Of a stretch of DNA of 64,000 bases, positions 1 through 10,493 are shown one piece after another; the stretch's first letter is position 1; every line of letters starts with the position of its first letter. The stretch is from Synechococcus sp. Lineage in GTDB: Bacteria; Cyanobacteriota; Cyanobacteriia; Thermostichales; PCC-7336. Made by a program: the position numbers and the translations under genes. The notes under the pieces are model-generated. The model was not told the DNA's origin and did not search any database. It saw only the letters and a program-made list of their open reading frames with translations. Where the stretch lies: contig JBFRWN010000016.1 in NCBI GenBank assembly GCA_051439605.1, positions 1-64,000 on the forward strand. The letters run 5' to 3'.

Positions 1-537
1 CCCAAGCGCCCCATGGACATTCTGCGAGTGGAGGTGCTGCAGCCGAAAGGCCGCAGGCGCAAGTTCAAACCTCTCTGGTTGGCCTGGGTGAGGGAGAAGC
101 TCCTGCCGCTGGAACAGCTGTGGAAAAAATACCTCAGGCGCTTTGCCCTGGAACATTGGTATCGCTTGGCCAAGCAGCGGTTACATTGGACCCTGCCGCA
201 GGTGACCAGTCAGTCGGCGATGGATACCTGGAGCCACCTGATTGTGCTGATGAGTTGGCAATTGTGGCTGGCTCGCGATGAGTGTAGCGACTCCCCCTTG
301 CCTTGGCAGGTTGCCCAAGATAAGTTGTCTCCAGGACGCGTGGCGCAAGCTTTTGCTGTAATTTTGGCCGCGATTGGCACTCCGGCTAAAGTCCCCAAAC
401 CTCGCGGAAAAGCGCCGGGGTGGCCTCCAGACAAACCCCGCACGCCGAGGACTCGCTATCCGAACGTCAAAAAACGAGCCTCTAAGCGCAAAAAATCAGT
501 TCATTCACCTAGTTCTACTCAGCCCAGAGCGGCTTAA
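1..537 (+). mobile_element. Transposase, C-terminal part (IS4/IS701-like cyanobacterial family); reading frame open from the window start
   Basis: YLRRFALEHWYRLAKQRLHWT (Y-2-R-3-E-6-K-type DDE signature) and a basic Pro-rich tail PKPRGKAPGWP; no in-frame stop between 1 and 13. Element end may be near ..AAAACTCCAG at ~648 (inferred). Confidence 0.8.
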
Positions 538-803
538 ACAGGGCAGAGCCCCTCAACGTTTGTGAGCATTCAGTCTCTTCAATGGGCTGAGTCACTTTCG
601 TCTGGATCCTTACTGAAGGCAGCTGAATTCAATTTCTTAAAACTCCAGTGAATAGCCTCCCGGGCGATTGCAGAATTAAGCAAACAGTTGATTGGCTGGC
701 TTTTCCAACAGCAAACTCGTCAACGTTCGTGAAAGCCCTCAGTTCTGCAAGAGATTGCTACATTCAGTAGAGACGCTAGACATTAGGTGTCGAATAGCTG
801 GAA

Positions 804-1100
804 ATGAAAAAAAAGCAAGTCATTGCAATCTTGCGGAAGCACGAAGCCCATATCCGGCAGATTGGGGCAACTGGCCTCTATTTATTTGGCTCCACCGCCA
901 GAGACGAAGCCGGCCCGGATAGCGATATCGACTTGTTCTTCGACTACGCTCCGGATCGGCCGTTTAGCCTCTACAACCTCGTCGATATCAAAGAGTTTGT
1001 CAGCAGCCTCTTCAATACCCCAGTTGACATCATGCCAAGAGATAGCATTCACCATCTGGTGCGCGATCGCGCTATTGCTACAGCGGAGCGTGTATTCTAA
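804..1100 (+). CDS. Minimal nucleotidyltransferase (MNT/MntA-type antitoxin)
   Basis: 98 aa with the GSX10DXD motif (FGSTARDEAGPDSDIDL); stop overlaps the start of the next ORF (TAATG). Confidence 0.9.
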   Translation: MKKKQVIAILRKHEAHIRQIGATGLYLFGSTARDEAGPDSDIDLFFDYAPDRPFSLYNLVDIKEFVSSLFNTPVDIMPRDSIHHLVRDRAIATAERVF

Positions 1101-1426
1101 TGGGCCAACCCTCCCGGCAATACAGCTCTGCCTATTTAAGATTGCGGGACATGCAGGCCAACATCGTTCAAATCAAAACCGCCCTTACCCCCATCACGTT
1201 TGAAGAGTTTGCAGAGAATTGGATCCTCTATAGCGCGATCGAACGAGGCATCGAACGAATCTCCGAAGCAAGTAGAGGCATTCCTAATGCTCGATACCAT
1301 CGAGCAACAGTCAAAAGAAAACTAGTCCACATACCTAATGAACTGAAGCTAATATCGAGCTGTTTCAAAGAGTTGGGAGCGATCGCCCGGTCCATTCTTT
1401 TCAAGAAGGACTATTTTGGGGGATAG
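1100..1426 (+). pseudogene. HEPN/DUF86 (HepT-like) toxin, probably inactivated
   Basis: N-half is typical DUF86 (RLRDMQANI..FEEF..AIERGIERISEASRGIP); C-half diverges and lacks the RX4-6H catalytic motif. Confidence 0.65.
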
Positions 1427-1503
1427 CCTCAATGCCGATCGCTTGAATGGGGTCTAATGGTGCTATCAATCGCGATCGTAAACCCGAGAACGACCCTTTC
1501 CCC

Positions 1504-4500
1504 ATGACTGATTTCGTGAATCAAGCAGACATTCTTCGCAAACAGCTGCTTAAAGATTACCGTCAGATTTCACCGCTCGATCGCACCATCGTCCAACTGT
1601 TCTCGGTGATTTACGAACCGGTCAGTCGCAGTAATTTTCTCAAGTGTCTCAATCGCATTGGAGTGCGGGACGAAAAAGATCGCCGCTTCACCGCAGGTGT
1701 CCTCAAACTGCACCTGACCAAACTCCTGGATCTGGACTTGTTGGTCCAATCCACCAGGCAGAGCCCCCGCTGCAACCCCCTGTTAACCGAGATTGCCACC
1801 CGAGATGCCATTCGCGAGGGCACTTTCGAATCTTGGGTAACGGCGATCGAGGAAATGTTGCCCATCCCTACTCAACATTGGGGTAAAAAAGAGCGCTATT
1901 TCGAAACCGAAGACCAATTGGTGCGGGAAGTTCGCATCGGGATCTATCGCCAAGATGTGGGCTACATCAAACGTCAACTCGACGACTTCTGTCGTTACGG
2001 CATAGTTACCCCCGACGCCATACTCAGCACCATCTACCCGCTGGTATTCAACAACCCCTTCGATCCCGAGTGGTTTTGTACCCTCCCTTTACACATCTAC
2101 GAACCAGCTCTGATCGCTATTTTTGAGTTCTTAGAATGGAACTTTGTCCCCGCAGACGAACCCTTTGCCCTGCTTGAAGAGGGATGTGCTGCTGAAGGCA
2201 ACCGGTGTTCGGATGTACTGCGCCTGCTTTTGACCGAGCAGTATCTCCATCGGGGTCGATTGTCGGATGCGCAGGCTCGCCTGGAATCCCTTCCCGCAGA
2301 ACAGCGAGACGCGGGAGCTATCTATTGGGGATGGTTGAGTTTTGTGCGCGGCAATAACGATGCCGCGATCGACTATTTCACCCAAGCCCTCAAACAGCTC
2401 AAAAAAATCACTCGTAAACGCAAGATCTTTCTAGACGGAATCTCTGGCTGGTTGTTCGTTCTGGCGTTGCTGAAAGAGGGTTCTTCTCAATCGCTGCAGG
2501 AGGCGCTCTCCTATTGCCAGATCGTCGCAGGAGATTCCAAGAATTGGATGGCTCCCAGCTACACGGTGCTGTCCGGTCTAGTCAAGATTCAGCAAGGGGA
2601 TCTCTCGCAGATGGACGCTGTCTTGAAAGCGGATATCCCTCAGTTCACCGAATCCACCTATTACGAGCCTCTGCTGGTGGCGCTCTGCGTCTACTGGGCG
2701 AGTGCCGATAAAGCCAAATCGAGATCGCAACTGGCTAAACATTTGAGACCCCTCTACAAAGCAGCCCAATCCTTTGGCTACACCTGGCTAGCGATGGAAA
2801 CTGCCGAACTCCTGTCTAAGTGCTTGTCTCAAGGCCAATACGATCGCCAGGCAGCTGCTTTGCGTCACAACACCGGTATCCAGCCCCTTGTCGACATCCT
2901 ACGGTCGCAGGAACCTTGGGAACTTTGTTTAAATGCTCTGATCGACCTACAAGCTCCCTCAAAATCAGCGAATACCCCGACAACGGAAAAACGTCTGGCT
3001 TGGTTCGTGACCTATTACCCCAGCCAGTGCGTGGTGCAGCCCCGCGAACAGAAAATCGGTGCCAGTGGAGCTTGGAGCAAAGGACGGCCCATTGCCCTGA
3101 AGCGTCTCTATAGCAACCTTGAAGACTTCGACTATCTCACCCCCCAAGATCTGCAGGCCTGTGCCTGTATCAAGACGTTCACCTCCTATAGCTCCTACAG
3201 ATATCGCGGCACCACCGAGTACATCTGCGGCGAACGGACGATCGCCGCTTTGATCGGTCACCCTTACGTTTTCTGGGAGGACACCCCCAGCGTGCGGGTT
3301 GAGGTGGTGAAAGGGGAACCGGAACTGCAGGTTAAAAAGTTGAAGCGCAAAGGCCGGGTCGTCCTGGAGTTTGTTCCCAAAATTGGCAATGACAAAGAGA
3401 TCGTGGCGGTGAAAGAAACCCCGACCCAAATTAAGGTGATAGAAATTACCCCGGAACACCGTCGGATTGCCGAGATTATTGGCCCCAAAAACCGACTGGA
3501 AGTTCCTACTGCCGCCCAGGAGCGAGTACTAGAAGCGATCGGTGCCGTCTCGCAAATCGTGACGGTGCATTCCGACATTGGCGGCGGAGCCGTTCAGGCG
3601 GAAGAGGTTTCGGCAGAAGCTATCCCCCACATTCACCTGTTACCGGCTGGAGACGGCTTAAAAGTGGCGGTGTTTGCCCGTCCCTTTGCCGAGGGCGGTC
3701 CCTATTTCCGCCCGGGGGAGGGGGGCGAAACAGTAATTGCCGAGATTGGCGGCCGACGCCTGCAAACCAGCCGCAACTTACGGCAAGAAACCAAACTGGC
3801 GAAAGCTGCGGTATCCGCCTGTCCGACGTTAGCCCACCAGGAAGAACAGGATCGCGAATGGATGGTGCCAGACCCAGAAGATTGCTTGGAATTATTACTG
3901 GAGTTGCAGGAGCTGGGGGATGGCGTCGTTCTGGAATGGCCGGAGGGAGAAAAACTGCGGGTCAGCCACCAGGCCAGCTTTGACGATCTTCGTTTGACCG
4001 TGAAAAAGCAGCGGGATTGGTTTGCCGCCAGTGGTGAGTTGAAACTCGACCAAAACTTGGTGCTGGATATGCAGACCTTGCTAGCTCTGCTGGAAAGGAC
4101 CCCCAGCCGATTTGTCCAGCTGGAAGACGGCCAATTTCTGGCCCTGACCCGCGAATTTCGCAAGCGCTTGGACGAAATGCGGGCCTTTTCGGAACAGCAC
4201 GGCAAGGGCATCCGCTTTCATCCCCTGGCCACGCCAGCCATGGAAGAGTTTTTGGATGAGGTGGGCAGTCTCAAGACCGACAAGCATTGGCGGGCTCACG
4301 TCGATCGCCTCACGGAAATGCAAGATTTGCAGCCGCAGCTGCCTTCCACTCTACAAGCGGAGTTGCGGGATTATCAGCTGGAAGGGTTTAACTGGCTGGC
4401 GCGTCTGGCCTATTGGGGCGTGGGGGCCTGTTTGGCAGACGATATGGGGCTAGGCAAAACGTTGCAGGCTCTAGCGGTGATTCTCACTCGCGCCCCTGAG

Positions 4501-5739
4501 GGACCGACTTTGATTGTGGCTCCGACGTCGGTGGGCATGAACTGGATGAGCGAAGCGCAGCGATTTACCCCCACTTTGCGAGCGATCCAGTTTGGCAGCG
4601 GCGATCGCCAGACAATGCTGGATGGGCTGCAGCCGTTTGACATGCTGGTGTGCACTTACGGGTTGCTGCAGCAGGAGGAAGTGGCCAAGATGCTGGCGGA
4701 GGTGCAGTGGCAAACGATTGTGCTGGACGAAGCCCAAGCCATCAAAAACTATGCTACCAAGCGATCGCAGGCTGCCATGAAGCTACAAGCGGGCTTCAAA
4801 GTCATCACGACGGGAACCCCGATCGAGAATCACCTTGGCGAACTGTGGAATCTGTTTCGCTTCATCAATCCCGGATTGTTGGGATCTTTGGAGCGCTTCA
4901 ATCAACGTTTTGCCACTCCGATTGAAAAATCCCAGGACAAGCAGGCCCGCAGCAAGCTGAAGAAGTTGATTCAGCCATTCCTGCTGCGCCGTACAAAGAG
5001 CCAAGTGTTAGAGGAATTACCCTCTCGCACCGAAATTCTGCTGCAGGTGGAATTGAGTCAGGAAGAAATGGCGCTGTACGAAGCGCTGCGAAGGGAGGCG
5101 ATCGCGAAACTGGCGGAAAGCGATGGAGAAGCAGGGCCCAAGCACCTGCAGGTGTTGGCGGAAATTATGAAGTTGCGGCGGGTGTGCTGCAATGCGCGCT
5201 TAGTGGTGCCCGATACTCCCCTCCCCAGTGCCAAGCTGCAATTGTTCGGAGAGACAGTGGGGGAGCTGTTGGAAAATCGTCACAAGGTTCTGGTGTTCAG
5301 CCAGTTCGTCGATCACTTGCACATCCTGCGGGACTTCTTAGACGAACGACAAATCCAATACCAATATCTGGATGGCAGCACCCCCGCGAAAAAACGCAAG
5401 CAACGGGTGGATGCGTTTCAGGCGGGGAAAGGGGACGTATTTCTCATTAGTCTGAAGGCGGGAGGTACGGGCCTCAATCTGACTGCTGCCGACTACGTGA
5501 TTCACATGGATCCCTGGTGGAATCCGGCGGTGGAGGATCAAGCTTCAGATCGCGCCCATCGCATAGGCCAGCAGAGGCCGGTGACGATCTATCGGCTGGT
5601 GGCGAAGGACACGATTGAAGAGAAAATTGTTTCTTTGCACCAGCACAAGCGGGCTTTAGCGGACAGTCTGCTGGAAGGGGCGGATATGAGCGGCAAGATG
5701 TCGACTGAGGATTTGTTGCGGTTGATCGGCGATCGATAA
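1504..5739 (+). CDS. SNF2-family (SWI2/SNF2) helicase/ATPase with a long N-terminal helical/TPR-like region
   Basis: LADDMGLGKT (motif I), LDEAQ (II), TGTPIEN (III), SLKAGGTGLNLT, WWNPAVEDQASDRAHRIGQ. ATG at 1504 preferred over 1447. Confidence 0.95.
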   Translation: MTDFVNQADILRKQLLKDYRQISPLDRTIVQLFSVIYEPVSRSNFLKCLNRIGVRDEKDRRFTAGVLKLHLTKLLDLDLLVQSTRQSPRCNPLLTEIATRDAIREGTFESWVTAIEEMLPIPTQHWGKKERYFETEDQLVREVRIGIYRQDVGYIKRQLDDFCRYGIVTPDAILSTIYPLVFNNPFDPEWFCTLPLHIYEPALIAIFEFLEWNFVPADEPFALLEEGCAAEGNRCSDVLRLLLTEQYLHRGRLSDAQARLESLPAEQRDAGAIYWGWLSFVRGNNDAAIDYFTQALKQLKKITRKRKIFLDGISGWLFVLALLKEGSSQSLQEALSYCQIVAGDSKNWMAPSYTVLSGLVKIQQGDLSQMDAVLKADIPQFTESTYYEPLLVALCVYWASADKAKSRSQLAKHLRPLYKAAQSFGYTWLAMETAELLSKCLSQGQYDRQAAALRHNTGIQPLVDILRSQEPWELCLNALIDLQAPSKSANTPTTEKRLAWFVTYYPSQCVVQPREQKIGASGAWSKGRPIALKRLYSNLEDFDYLTPQDLQACACIKTFTSYSSYRYRGTTEYICGERTIAALIGHPYVFWEDTPSVRVEVVKGEPELQVKKLKRKGRVVLEFVPKIGNDKEIVAVKETPTQIKVIEITPEHRRIAEIIGPKNRLEVPTAAQERVLEAIGAVSQIVTVHSDIGGGAVQAEEVSAEAIPHIHLLPAGDGLKVAVFARPFAEGGPYFRPGEGGETVIAEIGGRRLQTSRNLRQETKLAKAAVSACPTLAHQEEQDREWMVPDPEDCLELLLELQELGDGVVLEWPEGEKLRVSHQASFDDLRLTVKKQRDWFAASGELKLDQNLVLDMQTLLALLERTPSRFVQLEDGQFLALTREFRKRLDEMRAFSEQHGKGIRFHPLATPAMEEFLDEVGSLKTDKHWRAHVDRLTEMQDLQPQLPSTLQAELRDYQLEGFNWLARLAYWGVGACLADDMGLGKTLQALAVILTRAPEGPTLIVAPTSVGMNWMSEAQRFTPTLRAIQFGSGDRQTMLDGLQPFDMLVCTYGLLQQEEVAKMLAEVQWQTIVLDEAQAIKNYATKRSQAAMKLQAGFKVITTGTPIENHLGELWNLFRFINPGLLGSLERFNQRFATPIEKSQDKQARSKLKKLIQPFLLRRTKSQVLEELPSRTEILLQVELSQEEMALYEALRREAIAKLAESDGEAGPKHLQVLAEIMKLRRVCCNARLVVPDTPLPSAKLQLFGETVGELLENRHKVLVFSQFVDHLHILRDFLDERQIQYQYLDGSTPAKKRKQRVDAFQAGKGDVFLISLKAGGTGLNLTAADYVIHMDPWWNPAVEDQASDRAHRIGQQRPVTIYRLVAKDTIEEKIVSLHQHKRALADSLLEGADMSGKMSTEDLLRLIGDR

Positions 5740-5872
5740 GACATGCCTAAATCTGCCACTTTCACCCCTTGTTGTCACTCGCAGAGTGTCACCAACCTCT
5801 ACTGGGATTGCTCGATCGCGGCTGTCGTTCGGTCGGTTTCCGCGCACTGGTTTTGTTGATCCTTGGAACTGT

Positions 5873-7984
5873 TTAACTCCTAGTTTTTAGCTCGACTGGC
5901 GATCGCTTAAGTTCGTTTTTCTGGGGAAGTCGAGGTTGGTAGCGATCGCGCAGCACGCGGTGCATGACTTTATGGGAAGCCGTGCGGGGCAATTCATTGA
6001 CAATTCGCAGGTCTCGAATCTTAAACATGGGATTGAGATGCTGTCCGATCGCTGCCTGCAATGCAGTTGGAAGGTCGTACCGACCCCGATCGAAATCTGA
6101 CTCCAATACCGCATAAACCACTAACTGACTGGGACCTCCTTCCGGCGGAGAGACGGAAACAGCCGCTGTTTCGCGAACACCCGGTTCGGCATTGAGGACT
6201 CGCTCGATTTCAGCGGAACTGACCTTGATGCCACCCAAGTTCATGGTGTCATCAACGCGGCCCTGGGCGCGATAGTAACCGTTGGGCAGTTGCTTCATGA
6301 GATCGCCGTGGCGGCGCAGGGGGATGCAGGAATTGGGTACATGCGGAGTGCGATCGAAATAGACTTGATGGTGGTCTCGATTGAGTAACTCGGTGGATAA
6401 CCCGATAGAGGGCGGAACGATGAATGCTTCTCCGGTGGTGGAAGGGTGCCCCCCCTCGTCGAGAATGGCAATGTCCAGGCCCAGAGCAGGCGTCGTAAAG
6501 GTGGAGGGGGCGCAGGGTTGCACGAGAGTACCGGTAATGTACCCACCGCCGATTTCGGTACCGCCGCAATATTCGACGATCGGCTTGTATCCAGCCAGGG
6601 ACATGAGGAAGAGCATGTCTTGTGAGTTAGAACATTCCCCAGTAGAGCTAAATGCTTTGATGGCGCTCCAGTCCAGCCCTTTCATGCAACCACTGGTTTT
6701 CCAGACTCGCACCAAACTGGGTACCACCCCTAACATCGTCACCCCCGCATCCTGAACGAACTGTCCGAAGTCCCGTCCCGTGGGGGCGCCGCAGTACAGG
6801 GCAATGGTGGCTCGATTAATGAGGCTGGCGTAAATCAACCAGGGGCCCATCATCCATCCCAAATTAGTTGGCCAGGCCACCACATCGCCAGAGTGAATGT
6901 CGTGGTGCAAATAGCCATCCGCCGCACATTTAATCGGTGTGGTTTGCGTCCAGGGAATCGCCTTCGGTTCCCCAGTCGTCCCCGAGGAAAACAAGATGTT
7001 GGTGCGATCGGTGGGTCCAGCGAGAACGGCATCGAAGCGATCGCGATCGCTCAAAAATGCTTCCCAGGTCAAATCCCCCGCCCGTAGGGGGATGGAGGAA
7101 CGCCCCCCTGACGACAGCACGATTGTCTGAGGCACATTGACCTGAACAACTTTGGCATAGAGGGGCAGCTGCTTTCCAGCTCTCTGAATGATGTCCTGAG
7201 TGAAAATGCCCTTGGCCTCAGAAAGGCGCAATCGTGTGGCAATTTCATCGGGGGCGAAGCTATCGGCTATCGAAACCACCGTGCATCCAGCCTTAACAAT
7301 CCCTAAGTAAATCGCCACTGACTCGGCCGTCATGGGCATGACGATCGCGATCGCATCTCCGGGGGAGAACCCCATATTCACCAGTCCGTTAGCCACGCGA
7401 TCGGTCAGGGCGCGCAGCTCGCCATAAGTGAGCACGGATAGCGACTCTCCTTCCGCTTGAAAGACAATGGCAGGAGCTTCTGGAGCAGCTTGGAAGCAGC
7501 TTTCAACGATATTGAATTCAGAACCCACTAACCATTGAGGAAATTCGATGCCGTGGGCAAGGTCGAGGGAGAGGTCGAGAATGGTTCGATAGGTCTGCCG
7601 GAAGCGAATTCCGAGACGGTGCACCATTAATTCCCAGAACTGAGCCCGATTTTGGATCGACCAGTCATGCAGTTCGGAATAGGACTCTAGGCCGAGCTCC
7701 CGCAAGAGTGCAGCAAGGTGAGTGGTTTGAATCTGTTCTTGGGTGGGGAACCAAGCAGGAGGAACCCCTTGGCTGGAATCCCAGTCGGAGTAGGTGGTTT
7801 GGTACAGGAGTTCGTGCAGGGCAAACGGGCGATCGGGGGTCAGCACGGAGCGGATCAGTTGCTGCCAGCAGTCTGAAGGGGGTAAATCGGACAGACATCG
7901 GTTAATGGTCGGTAAGAGTTCGACTGCGAGGGTGGGCTCTACACCGCAGGTGACAATCTGTTCGAGGGAGAGTGGTTTAGTCAT
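5873..7984 (-). CDS. AMP-forming acyl-CoA synthetase (acetyl/acetoacetyl-CoA synthetase-like; resembles the plant AAE17/18 group)
   Basis: ILFSSGTTGEPKAIPW AMP-binding loop, YCGGTEIGG, GRVDDTMNLGGIK, LPRTASHK. Start uncertain (7984 or 8011). Confidence 0.88.
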   Translation of the reverse strand: MTKPLSLEQIVTCGVEPTLAVELLPTINRCLSDLPPSDCWQQLIRSVLTPDRPFALHELLYQTTYSDWDSSQGVPPAWFPTQEQIQTTHLAALLRELGLESYSELHDWSIQNRAQFWELMVHRLGIRFRQTYRTILDLSLDLAHGIEFPQWLVGSEFNIVESCFQAAPEAPAIVFQAEGESLSVLTYGELRALTDRVANGLVNMGFSPGDAIAIVMPMTAESVAIYLGIVKAGCTVVSIADSFAPDEIATRLRLSEAKGIFTQDIIQRAGKQLPLYAKVVQVNVPQTIVLSSGGRSSIPLRAGDLTWEAFLSDRDRFDAVLAGPTDRTNILFSSGTTGEPKAIPWTQTTPIKCAADGYLHHDIHSGDVVAWPTNLGWMMGPWLIYASLINRATIALYCGAPTGRDFGQFVQDAGVTMLGVVPSLVRVWKTSGCMKGLDWSAIKAFSSTGECSNSQDMLFLMSLAGYKPIVEYCGGTEIGGGYITGTLVQPCAPSTFTTPALGLDIAILDEGGHPSTTGEAFIVPPSIGLSTELLNRDHHQVYFDRTPHVPNSCIPLRRHGDLMKQLPNGYYRAQGRVDDTMNLGGIKVSSAEIERVLNAEPGVRETAAVSVSPPEGGPSQLVVYAVLESDFDRGRYDLPTALQAAIGQHLNPMFKIRDLRIVNELPRTASHKVMHRVLRDRYQPRLPQKNELKRSPVELKTRS

Positions 7985-8336
7985 TGAATTGTCCCCATCG
8001 CCTACGTTCAATGGGGTTCGCCACCCTCAGAAATCTACGCTTCGTTCGAACTGCCTATTGAAGGCTCACTCAACGGTGTGGAAGCAGTTCAAACGCCTAA
8101 TTGCCGCAAGTATGGGTAACAACCCCCTAGTTCTATTCTCTCCTATTGAAATTAACGAGTTTGGATGTTGACCGACTTATTCATCAATTACGAGCAACTG
8201 ATACGCGAAAAGTACGTCAAAGGACGATCGCCCCCTTGTTGGCACTCCCCGGTCAAACTTGAGACATTGTTAGAAAGAGGGATTCCATTGGTCGAACATT
8301 CACCTCTCTCCATAGTCGCTGAGCAGGTTGCTTTTC

Positions 8337-10439
8337 ATGCCCAATCCCATCCGCTACTTAATGTGCCCCCCCGAGCACTACGACATCGACTACATCATCA
8401 ACCCCTGGATGCATGGCAACGTTCACCGCCTCGATCGCCTGGTAGCCGGCCAGCAATGGCAGCGCTTGTACGAGACCCTCCAGCAACAGGCTGAGGTAGA
8501 GCTGGTGACAGCCGCTTGCGGATGGCCCGACATGGTCTTCACCGCCAATGCAGGACTGGTTCTCAAACAGGCGGTTGTGCTGAGCAACTTTCACCATGTC
8601 GAGCGGCAGGGGGAGCAGACCCACTTCAAAACTTGGTTCGAACAGCAAGGCTATACAGTGCACCAACTCCCGTCAGGGATTAGCTTCGAAGGGGCAGGAG
8701 ACGCGCTGCTGGATCGGGCAGGACGCTGGCTTTGGGCAGGTTACGGCTTTCGCACAGCCCTGGAAGCTCACCCTCTTTTGGCTCAGCTGCTGGATATCGA
8801 GGTGCTGTCGTTGCATTTGGTTGACAGCCGCTTTTACCACCTCGATACTTGCTTTTGCCCTCTATCCAATGGTTATCTGCTCTATTACCCCAGTGCGTTC
8901 GATACCTACTCCAATCGCCTGATCGAGATGCGGGTCCCCGAGGACAAGCGGATTGCGATCGCCGAAGCCGATGCCCTCAATTTCGCCTGTAATGCCGTGG
9001 AAATTGACGGTGCAATTACGGTCAACCGTCTCAGTTCCGAGTTGCGCACCCGCTTGGAAGAGCGGGGGTTTAGGGTTGTGGAAGTCGAGCTGACAGAATA
9101 TATCAAAGCCGGTGGGGCCGCGAAATGCTTGACGTTACGGCTAACGGAGCAGCTGGCCCCTGAAACTGCCGAAAAAGTCGCTGTCTGCAGTCGCATCATC
9201 TCTTTAGAAGGGCACCTGCTGGATACCAACCTGCTCAACGACATTCTGGATACCATTTCGGCGGGTGGGGGCAGTTTTCAGATCGAACAATTTCAGTTGG
9301 GCAAGCAGAGACAAAGTACCTCAACGGTCAAATTGCATGTCTGCGCCGCCAGTGCTCCGGAACTCGACGATATTCTCAGCCAGTTGATTGCGATGGGGGC
9401 ACGATCCGCCGATCCTGCGGTGCGGAATGCCCATTTAGAGTCCGTCAAACAAGCAGGTGTTGCCCCCGAGGATTTTTACGTCACTGCCATCTACCCGACG
9501 CAAGTATTGGTGGAGGGCCAGTGGCTGACGGTTCACCATCAGCGCATGGACGGCACGATCGCCATCTGTCGCGATTCAGAAGGCAACCTGAAGGCGGACT
9601 GTCGCTTAATTCGCGATCTGCAGGTGGGCGATCGCGTGGTTTGCGGCGTAGAAGGGATTCGTACCGTTCAGCAACAGCCCCTTCCGGAGCGATCGCAGGA
9701 GTTTACGTTTATGGGCTCCAGCGTCTCCAGCGAACGGCGGGTGGAGTTGGTGGTGGAACAGGTGGCTTGGGAACTGCGCCGCGTTCGAGATCGGGGGGGC
9801 AAGACCGTTGTGGTTCCTGGCCCAGTGGTGGTGCATACGGGGGGAGGGCCGCACCTGGCATCGCTGATTCGCGCGGGCTACGTACAGGGGTTGTTGGGGG
9901 GCAACGCGATCGCGGTCCACGATCTGGAGCAGAATTTGTACGGCACGTCGCTGGGGGTGGATCTGCAGCAGGGCAATGCCGTGAAAGGGGGGCATCGCCA
10001 CCACCTCAAGACCATTAATTTGATTCGCAAGCACGGCAGTATTGCAGCAGCGGTTGAGGCTAGAGCGATTTCTGCAGGCATCTTTTACGAATGCGTGCGC
10101 AAGGGAGTCCCCTTTGCTCTGGCGGGGTCCATTCGAGATGACGGTCCTTTGCCGGACACACAGATGGACTTGGTCGCAGCCCAGCAGAACTATGCAGAGC
10201 TAGTGAGGGGCGCCGATACGATTTTGATGCTGTCCACCATGCTGCACTCGATTGGGGTGGGCAACATGACTCCGGCTGGTGTGAAGCTGATTTGTGTCGA
10301 TATCAATCCAGCGGTGGTGACGAAGTTGGCCGATCGCGGTTCGCTGGAGTCCGTCGGAATTGTCACGGATGTGGGGTTATTCCTCAGTTTGCTAGTACAA
10401 CAACTGTGTCGGATGGAGAGACCTGCATTGCAAGATTAG
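8337..10439 (+). CDS. argZ: Bifunctional arginine dihydrolase / ornithine cyclodeaminase (ArgZ/AgrE, TIGR00300 family)
   Basis: N-terminal amidinotransferase fold (PDMVFTANAG, FEGAGD, FYHLDTCFCPL, GGAAKCLTL), a middle LOR/SDH-like part (LEGHLLDT), and a C-terminal VVHTGG..GNAIAVHD..LAGSIRDDGPLPDT domain; about 700 aa. Confidence 0.92.
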   Translation: MPNPIRYLMCPPEHYDIDYIINPWMHGNVHRLDRLVAGQQWQRLYETLQQQAEVELVTAACGWPDMVFTANAGLVLKQAVVLSNFHHVERQGEQTHFKTWFEQQGYTVHQLPSGISFEGAGDALLDRAGRWLWAGYGFRTALEAHPLLAQLLDIEVLSLHLVDSRFYHLDTCFCPLSNGYLLYYPSAFDTYSNRLIEMRVPEDKRIAIAEADALNFACNAVEIDGAITVNRLSSELRTRLEERGFRVVEVELTEYIKAGGAAKCLTLRLTEQLAPETAEKVAVCSRIISLEGHLLDTNLLNDILDTISAGGGSFQIEQFQLGKQRQSTSTVKLHVCAASAPELDDILSQLIAMGARSADPAVRNAHLESVKQAGVAPEDFYVTAIYPTQVLVEGQWLTVHHQRMDGTIAICRDSEGNLKADCRLIRDLQVGDRVVCGVEGIRTVQQQPLPERSQEFTFMGSSVSSERRVELVVEQVAWELRRVRDRGGKTVVVPGPVVVHTGGGPHLASLIRAGYVQGLLGGNAIAVHDLEQNLYGTSLGVDLQQGNAVKGGHRHHLKTINLIRKHGSIAAAVEARAISAGIFYECVRKGVPFALAGSIRDDGPLPDTQMDLVAAQQNYAELVRGADTILMLSTMLHSIGVGNMTPAGVKLICVDINPAVVTKLADRGSLESVGIVTDVGLFLSLLVQQLCRMERPALQD

Positions 10440-10493
10440 CCCGCCAGCTACTGGTAAGAAAATCGAGCAGAGTAGAACTGTAGCGGCGAATCG

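Noticed and set aside
8110..8123. GTA-N8-AAC NtcA-like site upstream of argZ
   Set aside because: Imperfect match to GTA-N8-TAC and no promoter evidence.
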